A stretch of 64,000 nucleotides of DNA, taken from assembly GCA_963737905.1 (NCBI GenBank), contig CAVTUQ010000008.1, positions 32,001-96,000 of the forward strand, read 5' to 3'. The position numbers and the translations under genes are program-made. Below, piece by piece: positions 1 to 9,491 of this stretch. How positions within the stretch are numbered: position 1 is the first letter of the stretch; every line of letters begins with the position of its first letter. Under the pieces are notes generated by a model. The model was not told the DNA's origin, made no database searches, and saw only the letters and a list, made by a program, of their open reading frames with translations. The stretch comes from an uncultured delta proteobacterium. Lineage in GTDB: Bacteria; Desulfobacterota; Binatia; UBA9968.

Positions 1-2
1 CC

Positions 3-404
3 GAACTGCCGCTGGTCGTTCATGAGCGAGACGCTGCAAGCGAAGCCGTCGAGCTATTGCGCAATGAAGGCGCTGGCAAAATTCGCGGCGTGATCCACTG
101 CTTCACGGGCGATTATGAGGCTGCTCGAGACTACCTTGACTTGGGATTCTATCTTTCCTTCACCGGTATCATCACATTTAAAAACGCCGAGCCGCTGCGG
201 CAAGTTGTAAGTAAAGTGCCGCTGGATCGAATGTTCGTTGAAACCGATTCGCCCTACCTCACGCCGGTTCCTCATAGAGGAAAGCGCAACGAGCCGGCTT
301 ACGTGAGGCTGGTCGCTGAAACCGTTGCACGTGTAAAAAGCATATCCCTGGAGGAAGTTGCTCACACGACGACCGGCAATGTTCAGCAGCTTTTTCGGAT
401 CTAG
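3..404 (+). CDS. tatD: TatD-family hydrolase (5' end outside window)
   Basis: Open frame from base 3 with LPLVVHER, GVIHCFTG and ETDSPYLTPVPHRGKRNEP TatD motifs. Confidence 0.9.
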   Translation, partial: ELPLVVHERDAASEAVELLRNEGAGKIRGVIHCFTGDYEAARDYLDLGFYLSFTGIITFKNAEPLRQVVSKVPLDRMFVETDSPYLTPVPHRGKRNEPAYVRLVAETVARVKSISLEEVAHTTTGNVQQLFRI

Positions 405-778
405 AAAATGGAGTGGCCCCGGTTTCATGATTGTCGCCCATAGGAGATCTACAAGAAGAGTTAGAATGCGCGGCTTTTCTTGGGTGTCTTGGACGCGGAC
501 CGCACGACATGCCAGACGATCACTCCGACCGGTACCCTAAGCGCCAGCCACGACAAGAAATCCCAAGTACCATAGTGATCGACCTGGGTGCCGGCTCCAA
601 AGCCAATGCTTGTCATACGGTAGAGGAAGTGGCCGTTCGAATCGATGGAACCACCAAAATCGAAACCACCTTCGGCACGTCCATCAGTGCCGGTCTGCAG
701 CGCTTTAGGTGACCGTAAACAGCGAGAAATTCCTCGACGATGGGGTTAGGCATGATCTACTATGGCTGGAAAGCTGCT

Positions 779-1606
779 CTATCCTACATCCTGGCCCCGG
801 TCATTGTCGGGGTGATTGACGGCACCTAATTTCCAGTAGCCTTGAGTGTGGGCGTGCGCCCGGTCCATTCCCCGCTCGTTCAGGAGATGGCGGCGGATAT
901 CCCGCATGACGCCGGCCTCGCACCCGATCCAGATCTGGCCGTTGCCCTCAGGAAATCGAAACTCCCGCACCGCTTGCTCCAGCCTTCGCCCGACCCGTCC
1001 GACTTCCCCGCCGTGGTGTAGCCACGTCACCTGAAACCGCGCGGGTGACTCCAACTCTAGCTCTTCCGCTGCGTCCGCCACCTCGACCAAGACATGGGCG
1101 AAGCAGGATGGCGGCAGCGCCTCAAGGAGGGTCCCCACGGCAGGGAGCGCCGCTTCGTCGCCGCCTATCAGATACCAGTCCGCCTCACCGTCCACTTTAT
1201 ATGCTCCTCCGGGCTGATGAGACACCGCAACTATCTGTCCCGGTTGGGCCTGTTCCGCCCAGGTGGAGCCGGGCCCCTCGCCGTGCAACAGGAAATCAAT
1301 CGTTAGTTCCCCTGCTTCCACATCCCATCGTCGGGGAGTGTAAGTGCGGTTCAAGGGTCGCTGCTGACCGTCCCTGAGGATCGGTCCCTCGGGTCCCCAT
1401 TCAGGGAGGACCAATTTCGGCTCACCGGGTGGAGGAAAATTCACCTTCAGGTGCTCCGCCGGGCCCTTCGTCGCAAAGCCCTCCAGTTCCTTCCCGGCGA
1501 AAACTATCCGGACCATATGGGGAGTAAGACTCTCCACCCGGGCGACTTCTGCCAGGCGCGGCTTTGCACGAACGCGACGGGGTTTCTGGGATTCAATTTC
1601 GTTCAT
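779..1606 (-). CDS. Siderophore-interacting protein (ViuB/YqjH-like FAD-binding ferric-siderophore reductase)
   Basis: LTPHMVRIVF, RTYTPRRWD, GDEAALPAV, IGCE and GYWK motifs; AAAGGAG RBS before ATG 1606. Confidence 0.9.
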   Translation of the reverse strand: MNEIESQKPRRVRAKPRLAEVARVESLTPHMVRIVFAGKELEGFATKGPAEHLKVNFPPPGEPKLVLPEWGPEGPILRDGQQRPLNRTYTPRRWDVEAGELTIDFLLHGEGPGSTWAEQAQPGQIVAVSHQPGGAYKVDGEADWYLIGGDEAALPAVGTLLEALPPSCFAHVLVEVADAAEELELESPARFQVTWLHHGGEVGRVGRRLEQAVREFRFPEGNGQIWIGCEAGVMRDIRRHLLNERGMDRAHAHTQGYWKLGAVNHPDNDRGQDVG

Positions 1607-1817
1607 CTCAACTCCTTTCACAAAACGTTAGCTTAACAAATCTTCTCTTCTTAGCTGCACCCGTTGAAAATGTCCAATCCTGTCTCTGGTCAGACAGGCA
1701 TCGGAAAACGCTGCAGCGCGGCCTCGTGGCCGCATCCGCTGGGGCGCCCCTATCCCCAAGGTCGTGTTTCGCGGTCCCGATATTAGCGGAGCCCGTCTCT
1801 GGCGTGCGCCAGAGTTG

Positions 1818-2003
1818 TTATGTTTGCTGCCGGGTCTTCGGAGCGATCGCTTCAATCTGGTCGGCGACCTCGCGAAGTTCTCGCGCCAAACCCTTGAAAC
1901 CTTCATTGATGACTTCCGTTGAGGCTGTTTCGTAGTGTACGTGTACCAGTGCTCCTTGACCAATAGTGACTTCCCATTTTTTTTCCGAAACACTGTCCTT
2001 CAT
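1818..2003 (-). CDS. Small hypothetical protein (61 aa), VHxHY family, copy 1
   Basis: AAGGAGG RBS; ungapped similarity (14/41 identities, counted by eye) to the ORF starting at 10297. Confidence 0.75.
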   Translation of the reverse strand: MKDSVSEKKWEVTIGQGALVHVHYETASTEVINEGFKGLARELREVADQIEAIAPKTRQQT

Positions 2004-2152
2004 GATTTCCTCCTTAGTATCGAGTCATCTTGTGATCTGACTAGCACCTAAATTTTCCCAGCGGTCCACCCTTTGAGAACACGGTCGGGATCGATGATTG
2101 AAGTCATCAATCTTTTGTCCAATCTGTATGATAGCTATGGCTATTTGCTCTT

Positions 2153-2464
2153 TCATTTTTTACTGATCCTTGTTCGCGGATTCTTCTTGCACACGGCCGG
2201 TGAATTCCAGCACTGATCGCTCGTGGCCGCTTTCCACCAGTGCAGAGCGCGGGCGATATGTTCTTCAATGGCCTGGGGTTTTGTTCGGTACTCGCTTCTG
2301 ATCGCGAGCATCAAGTAATGCAGAGCGATCATCGCCGCAATTTTGCCGTTGGGAATGTCGCGGTACTTTTCTTCCATCCACAGTATGGCGTTGAGAATGA
2401 CCTCCACATTGCAGTGAGCGGTCTTTTCACCCAATTCGCATGCTTTGCGTATTAAAGAGTCCAT
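2153..2464 (-). CDS. Hypothetical protein (103 aa)
   Basis: GAAAGGA RBS, ATG start, co-oriented within the iron operon; no family recognised. Confidence 0.55.
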   Translation of the reverse strand: MDSLIRKACELGEKTAHCNVEVILNAILWMEEKYRDIPNGKIAAMIALHYLMLAIRSEYRTKPQAIEEHIARALHWWKAATSDQCWNSPAVCKKNPRTRISKK

Positions 2465-2507
2465 GTTTCATCATCCTTTCGTTGCTGTCTGTCCATTCGG
2501 AAAATCG

Positions 2508-2572
2508 AAAAGCCCGCGCTCCGCCATGGGTTGGCGAAGCCGCGGGCTCTGGATTAATCACCTCTGGCCGCT
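2508..2572 (-). promoter_or_regulatory. Candidate attenuator RNA element B (two CCAGAG boxes + terminator-like hairpin)
   Basis: Minus strand AGCGGCCAGAGG-TGATTAAT-CCAGAGCCCGCG-GCTTCGCCA-ACCCA-TGGCGGAGC-GCGGGCTTTT; second copy at 10312-10380. Confidence 0.7.
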
Positions 2573-2706
2573 GGCTATCTAATCGATCAGAGTCAGCTTA
2601 TGATTCTTACGAGCCTCTTTTATTTTTTACTGCGGTGCGACTCATAAGCGACAACATGAGGATTGCGATAGACGTGAGTTGGAGCATCAACGTCGCCGTT
2701 CCTTCA

Positions 2707-4525
2707 TCATGCCGCTGCGGAAACGCCATGGTCCCGCTGCAGGCTGGCGATCACTCCCTCGGTCCAATGCTTGGCCGGCACGTCATAGTCCACGTCGCAA
2801 TCGACACGCGGGTAAAGACGCGTGGCGCCGTGGCGCTCCAATGCCGCATCGAGATCGCGGCCGCACTTGCAGAAGTGATCATAGGTGGAATTGCCCAGCG
2901 CAAGCACGGAAAATTTCATCCCGCGTAAATTCAAGCCGTCTCTTCGCACGACTGCTTCCCAAAACGGGGCGGCATCGTCTGGGGGCTCACCATTGCCGTA
3001 GGTGCTGGTGATGATAACCACGCAGCTTTCCCGGGACAGCGCATCGACGGTGTAATGGGCCATGTCTTTCAGGCGCACATTGAAGCCCCGCCGAGCGATA
3101 ACTTCGGCGGTGCGTTGCGCGAGCGATTCGGCGTTGCCGGTTACGGTGCCGAAGAGGATTAACAGCGAAATGCTTTCAGAGTAGTTTCCCATAGCCTCAT
3201 GCCGGTGCGCGGCTGTTCCGTTTCCGTCCGCTGAATGACCTGGCTGAGAAGATTCTCCAGGCAAAATCTCGAGCTCCATAGATGATTTTTCTCCTTCGAG
3301 TTGTAAGTCTTGTGAAATTTCAATCGATGGTGCGTTCTTTGACAGCGCCGGTTGGGTAACCGACGGCTCTTCTAGTTCTCGACCCCAGGAACGGAAGCGG
3401 CGCCAGGCCATGGCCAAACCGGTCCAGACCAAAAAGCAGCCGCCCAGGGAAGCCAGACCGGCGATGGTCTGGCCGAAAAACCCAAAGGCTTCACCGGTGT
3501 GAAGACCCCTGAACCAGCTCCTGAGCTTTCTCCCTGCGCTGTTTTCCGAATAAGGCTCCCACGTCACCACTTCGGCTGTGGCACGGTTGAGGGTCAACTG
3601 CGAGCGCGCAAAATTGTGCGGCGCGCCGGGCTCGGAAATAGAAACCGTGACGGGTCCGTCCGGACGGGGCGCGAAGCGCATCATGAGCATCGTCCAGCCG
3701 GGAACTTGCCGTTCTGCGCTGGCCAGCAGAGCATCGAGATTGGCCGTTGGCTTGGCAATCCGTTGTTCTTCAGCATTACCCGCACCTCGACGGGCGCGTT
3801 GGGGCGGGCCCACGGGTCCTTGGACTCTGGGCGGTGGCTCGCTTCCCGTAAGCGTGTAGAGCACATCATTAGCCCAGGGATAGGACATGACTGCCGCGGT
3901 TAAGAGTAAGAACCACCAATACGCTCGAAGACCAGAAGCCGATGACGTTATGCCAGTTCCAGTCCCGGGCCTTGCCGCTCAGCCGGCGGTTAAATATCAG
4001 GCTGGTCTTCAGACCGCGCCACTTCCAGCTGTTCGGCCACCAGAGATAAACGCCGGTGACGGCGAGCCAGAAGAACGCCAGGTTGCAGGCGCCCGTGATG
4101 GCTTTCCCGATGGCGCGGCCTTCGTCGTCCATTCCCAGCCAACGGTGCCAATCGACGATTTCATGAAGGAAGTTGTGCGTCGCCGACAACCCGCCCAGCA
4201 GTTCGCCGGTGTAAGGATTGATGAAAACGGTGTTCTCGCGGCCAAGATTGACGATGACCGAAGCGGTGGGGTCCGACTTCATCGTGATAAATGCCGGACG
4301 GCCTTCACGATTGGCTTCACGCACTTTCCCCACCAGTTCGTTCAAGCTCAGGCGTTTGGCTTCCGGACCGGGCGTGACCCAGCGCGCATTCCATTCCGAG
4401 TATTCGGAGATCTGAGGCTCGTACATAAGCACGACGCCGGTGAAGGACATGGTAAAAATCACCAGGCCGGCGATGACGCCGGCGAGGAGGTGGGTCCAAA
4501 AAATGATCTTGTGAAATAGTTTCAT
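2707..4525 (-). CDS. PepSY-associated TM domain protein fused to C-terminal flavodoxin domain (frameshift near 3890)
   Basis: FWTHLLAG, HRWLG, WHNVIGFWSS and GLHTGE PepSY-TM motifs; flavodoxin motifs GTVTGNAE, STYGNGEPPD and LGNSTYDHFC; split over ORFs 3869-4525 and 2707-3888. Confidence 0.85.
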
Positions 4526-4552
4526 GGCTTGGTTCTTCGAAAAGTTAATTCA

Positions 4553-5084
4553 TTACTTTTTTAGGTCGCTGAACTCTTGGATGAACCAGTGGCGCAAAAG
4601 ATCCTTCTCATAACGCAAGTAATCATCCATCGGATAAAAAGTCCGCAACTGATAATTAAGGTCGGTCAACTCCCGTTTGCCGCTCCGAACCACTTGACCG
4701 CTCGGGCCGATGACGCGAAACTCGAGGGCAATCCGCGGCGGATAGAGGCCGTTGGTGATCCGTACCTGATCTGATTGCGGTCCATGCCACGGCTCGAAAT
4801 TGCCGGCGAGATCAACGTCGGTGACTCTGATATCCAGATTCATATCCCGCGGGATTGTTTCGTCTCCCATTTCTTGCATGAACTTTGCGATGGTATCGAG
4901 GATGGAGTCAGAGTTGGGCTTGAAATCGGCACGTCTCGCATCGGTGAACTTTTCCGGCTTCACAAAGACGACGGCAATTCGCGAGACTGGTTCTGGTTCC
5001 TGAGACGCTGCCGCGTAACTCGAAGCCGAACAGAACGGTCACGATCAGCGCTTGGTAAAGAATCCGGCAAGAGGGTTGGTTCAT
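4553..5084 (-). CDS. DUF3016-like exported protein (frameshift in N-terminal region)
   Basis: PEKFTD, VTDVDLAG-FEPW, YPPRI and LRYEK motifs; signal-like N-terminus from ATG 5084 lies in another frame. Confidence 0.7.
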
Positions 5085-5089
5085 GACGT

Positions 5090-5772
5090 CTACACTTCCG
5101 CAAAGCGACGCAGCAAATTGTGATAACAATTTGTCAGGCTCACCACTCCAGCATGGTTGGGCAAAGCCTGGTTGACCTGGTTGATCGCCATATCGAGATC
5201 GAAAAGAAGCGTTCTTTGACCATCGTCGCGCACCATACTCTGCACCCAGAAGAATGCTGCCAACCGCACGCCCCTTGTCACTGGATTAACGTGATGCAAG
5301 CTGGTTGCTGGGTAGACGACCATGTCACCAGCCGATAATTTCAGCGGATGTGCGCCGTAGACATCGTCGACGACAAGCTCACCGCCGTCATATTCGTCCG
5401 GGCTGCTGACAAAAAGGGTCGCGGATATATCGGTGCGTATCCGGTAGGGCGTGCCGGGAATTTGCATGACCGAGTTATCCAAATGCGACGCCAAACGATT
5501 CGCCGCCTTCGTAACGGTTGAAGAGCGGCGGAAAGACCCGGAGCGGCAACGCCGCAGTGATAAAAAGCGGGTTGCGCTCCAGGGCTGCGACGATCATGTC
5601 GCCCAATTCCCGCGCCTCGGGGCTGTTCTCAGCCAGCTGACGATTGTTTTTAACGACCTTCGATTGGTAACCTGCGGTGACGCGCCCGTCCACCCAGACT
5701 CGCCCGGTGCATCACTTCCCGACAATGGGCGACCTGTTCCTGGCTAAGAACGTGGGGAATATGGACAATCAT
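5090..5772 (-). CDS. piuC: PKHD-type Fe(II)/2-oxoglutarate hydroxylase (PiuC/YbiX), frameshifted
   Basis: [44 protein letters not shown] and [11 protein letters not shown] spread over three reading segments. Confidence 0.88.
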
Positions 5773-5787
5773 CAGGCTTCTCTTCCG

Positions 5788-8009
5788 TTAGAATCTAAAG
5801 AAGGTGCTCGCGATGAAGGTTCTTCCTGCGCCGGGCACGACATGGGACGGATGTATGCTTTCAATAAAGGCAGCGTTGGTAAGATTTTGAGCGTTCAGAC
5901 GGCACTGAATCCTCTCGGTGACGTTGTAAGCTACCGTCGCATCCCAGCGAACATAACCCGGGACCTCATTGACATTTGAATTGTTCGCGAACCGGCTGCC
6001 GACGTAAGTTGGCCCGCCGCCGATCTGCCACTTGTCCAAAAAGTCGTAGGTGGTCCAGAGAGTCGCGCTGTATTTCGGTATGTTCTGCGGCACCTTGCCC
6101 TGGAGGGAATAGGTCACGCCTTCGACAGTCTGAACGTCCTTGGACTTGAGAATCTTCGCGTCGAGAAAAGTGTAGCCGGCCCATACGTTCCACCCGGGCA
6201 GAATCCGTCCGGCTGCGCTGAACTCGACGCCACGGGAGCGCTGCTTGCCGTCGAGCACTTGCACGCCAAGGATAGGGTCGTTGGTGCGGGCATTGGTCTT
6301 CTCGATCGTGAACAACGCGCCTTGGAGGGTCAGCGCTCCGCCCATCAATAAAAATTTGCTGCCGATTTCGAAGATCTCGTTCTTTTCCGGCGGTGTCGCC
6401 TGGTTGTTGGCCGCCAACGTCAACCCTTCGGCCGAGGGGTTGAAGGCGGTTGCATAGGAGAAATAGTAGCTCTGCTGCGGCGTCGGATGAAAAACCAGGC
6501 CGCCGCGGTAACTGAACATCTTGTCCAGGCTGTCGAAGTCCACTTGCCCGGGCAATTTGTTTTCTTGATCGGCGCTAAAATAGTCCCAGCGCACGCCCCC
6601 GATGATGTCGAACTATTCATGCAATGCGATCTGGTCCGCGGCATAAATACCGAATCCGGCTGCGTCGGTAAAAGCGCTTCACCCCTAAGGTTTTGGGATT
6701 CGGGGTTTGATTGTTATTTGGGTTGTTAAGGGTCGTGGCGGGACCGGCGCTGGCATACCGGAGGTTATCGAGTCGTATCCCAGGACAGCTCTATGCCGCT
6801 AGCGAGCGTGTGCCCGAAGCCAAAGGTGTTGAACCGCGCGGTAAGGTCGGTCTGGCTGTCCGCAGATGCCTTCCGTGGTGTGGCGTTCCGGCCGGCTTCT
6901 GGTGATCCAGTGATTGTTGCGCCGGGTCCGCAAGTAATGGGCGCTGCGCAAGGGTAGGGCCGGTATACTCAGATCCAGGTCGCGGCGGACATTGCTATAG
7001 CGAAATGCGCTGCGTAAATTCAGAGCGTCGCTGAATTGATGGTTCAGGCTGATGGTGCCGATATTGGTGTAAGTTTTTTCATAGTCGTGCTTGGTCAAGC
7101 CATACCAGGTACCCCGGTCGACCCGCACGGGTTCGCCGTGGAAAAAAGGAAAACCGTAGTCCGGAATGTTGTCTTCGTGCTGAAACAAATAACTGAAGTT
7201 CATCTGGGTCGGCGTGCCGAGGCCCAGGTGAGAGTTGGAGCGAAGCCCTGGCGGGTCACTTTGACATGATCTCGGTCGACGATATCGGCGTGGTGGGCCA
7301 TGGCGTTCAGACGAAGAGCCATTGTGGGGGAGAGTGGCTGATTGATGTCCGCGGTGCCGCGGAAGTAAGGGCCGCTACCGGCGCTGGCGGTCCCATCGTA
7401 GAAGCCCTCGAGTTGGGGAGCCTTGCTGACCTGGTTGATGATCCCGCCGGTGGAGCCGCGACCGAAGTAAATGGAAGCGGGTCCCTTGAGCACTTCAACG
7501 CTTTGGATATTGAAGGTGTCGCGGAAATAGGTCCCTTGATCGCGGACGCCGTCCAGATACATGTCGTTGCGCGCGCTGAAGCCGCGCAGGGTGAAGTTGT
7601 CGCCCTGAGCGCCGCCAGCTTCACTCGCGGCGATACCGATGCCGGTGACATTGCGCATCGCATCGCGCAAGGTTGTCGCCGCCTGTTCGTTCATGATTTC
7701 TCTTGGCACAATGGTGATGGACTGGGGGATGTCTTGCACCGGCTCGGGTAGACGCTGCAGCCCCAGGTTCGGCACGACATAAGGACTCTTTTCCTCGGTG
7801 ACTGTTACTTGGGGCAGCGTGAATTCTTCTTGCTTTTGTTGTTCCGCTGGTTTGGGTTCCGCCGCCTTTGGTTCCGCCGCGAAACCGTTAGTTGCCAAAG
7901 CGAACGTAAAGGCCACGGCTCGGCCGACACCCTCACCGGCGGCGAGGGTGATCTTGTGGAGGAGTTTGTTCCTCCGTCTTTCATTGGCACGTTTTTCTTG
8001 TCGACTCAT
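5788..8009 (-). CDS. TonB-dependent siderophore receptor (Fiu/PiuA-like), multiple frameshifts
   Basis: Plug motifs DIPQSITIV, LRGF and VEVLKGPAS..FGRGSTGGIINQVSK; beta-barrel C-terminus ending FRF; GGAGG RBS. Confidence 0.9.
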
Positions 8010-8077
8010 GGTTTCCTCCAAAGTGTGAATTTTTTGTTGCTGGCTGGCATGAGTCGCCTCATACACTGGCTGGCTGG
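8002..8077 (-). promoter_or_regulatory. Receptor 5' leader with GCCAGCCAG direct repeats flanking a GNRA hairpin (candidate HemP-responsive element)
   Basis: Minus strand CCAGCCAGCCAG-TGTATGAG-GCGA-CTCATG-CCAGCCAGC immediately downstream of hemP. Confidence 0.6.
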
Positions 8078-8084
8078 TTACTGT

Positions 8085-8270
8085 TTATTTGGTCAAAATT
8101 AGTTTACCGTTCCGCGTGATTCGCAAGCTGTACTCTTTGGTCTGATGAACGATGACGATCTCCCGCTCGCCTTGAAACAAATGAGTGCTTTCAATCCTGG
8201 GCTTTCTATCCGCCGTCGGTCAACGGGAACTGGATCGTTCAGAGTCGAAAATCGTTGGTTTCCCTTCCAT
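8085..8270 (-). CDS. hemP: Hemin uptake regulator HemP/HmuP (in-frame TGA at codon 17; missing from ORF track)
   Basis: Manual translation gives RIESTHLFQGEREIVIVHQTKEYSLRITRNGKLILTK*, the HemP GKLILTK C-terminal signature. Confidence 0.85.
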
Positions 8271-8277
8271 CGTGTTT

Positions 8278-9078
8278 CTAATGGAGCTCAAATTTTACCG
8301 GCAGTAGCACCCATACCTGTACGGCTTCTTTACCCCTGCGCGCAGGTTCGAAGAGCCATTTTTTCACCGCTTCAGCGGCGGAAAAATCAAGGTCACGAAA
8401 GCCAGCGGACTTCTCAATGAGAACTTCACCAACACGCCCGTTTTCCAGCACTCTGACTCTCAATAACGGTAACGCCTTGCGCGCCGATTTTTCGCGCCGA
8501 TTCGGGATAGCGCGGCTTGACCTGATAGCCTCCGAGCGGACGAGCCACCGCCGCAAGCCCATTGCCATTGCCACCACCGCCGAAACCATCCCCTTTTTCA
8601 CCTCTGCCTAGCCCTGCGACTGCCGTGCCCCCGCCGCCTCCGCCCATGCCGCTGCCGCCCGCGACTTCTACGTCGCCGCCGGCAAATAGACCTCCCACAC
8701 CCGCTTCCCCTCCTGCTGCCTCGCCGGCGGGCGCTTTGCTAGCGACGCTGCCTTTCTCCGGACCTGAGGCCGTCAGCTCGGGTGGCGGAGGTAGTTCCTC
8801 GACTTTCGGCGGCGGTTCGTTGGGTCTCGACTCTGGCGATGTCGGTCTTTATGAATCAGCCTGGGTGCTTTTATCTTCTCGACTTTCTTGGGCTCGGGTT
8901 TGGGCGCGGGTGCCGGATCGGGCGTTTGCTTCACTTCGGGGATATCGGTCAGGGAAACCTCGATATTCTGCGTTGGTGTCGTCGGCCTAGTCCCAGCGAT
9001 AAGGAGCGAAGCCGTAGGGATCAGGGCAGCGTGGATCAATGCGGAGATGGCGAAACCGGAAAACAGCGAATCCTTCAT
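8278..9078 (-). CDS. tonB: Energy transducer TonB (frameshifted)
   Basis: N-terminal TM with S-x3-H (SALIH), Pro/Lys- and Gly-rich linker, C-terminal domain PRYPESAR...LDFSAAEAVKKW.FEPA; follows exbD. Confidence 0.85.
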
Positions 9079-9491
9079 CACTTGGTCTCCTTGGGTTTAA
9101 CAGCGATGGACAACTTGGTGGCGCCGGTCTGGCGGGCCTCATCCAAGATTTCCACAACTTTGCCATGTTGGACCCCGTCATCTGCATTGATAACCACCAG
9201 CAATTCGGGAGTCTTCGCCAACTCCGCGCTCAACGATTGGCGCAGTAACTCCTCCGAAATCGCACTCTTATTGAAAAAGAGTTGGCCTTCCTTCGTGAGA
9301 GAAATCACAGCGGTTTCAGTAGGCGGTTGGCTTCCTGTAGCGGCCTTGGGCAGATTCACTTGCACGCCGGTAAAGCGTGCCATGGAGAGAGTTGAAATCA
9401 TGAAAAAGACCAGCAGAAAGAAAATCGTATCGATCATGGGAATGATTTCGATGCGAGCCTTTTTTAAGTTTCTCTTTCTTTGCAGCCGCAT
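9078..9491 (-). CDS. exbD: Biopolymer transporter ExbD
   Basis: IIPMIDTIFFLLVFFMI TM with Asp, VNLPKA, INADDGV. Confidence 0.92.
   Translation of the reverse strand: MRLQRKRNLKKARIEIIPMIDTIFFLLVFFMISTLSMARFTGVQVNLPKAATGSQPPTETAVISLTKEGQLFFNKSAISEELLRQSLSAELAKTPELLVVINADDGVQHGKVVEILDEARQTGATKLSIAVKPKETK

Noticed and set aside
431-712. 93-aa ORF with a faint cupin-like stretch
   Set aside because: TTG start, no RBS and no intact motif; cannot support it as a gene
8220-8222. hemP TGA as selenocysteine
   Set aside because: Lies in the unconserved N-terminal region, with no Cys expected there and no SECIS-like hairpin comparable to 41657-41675
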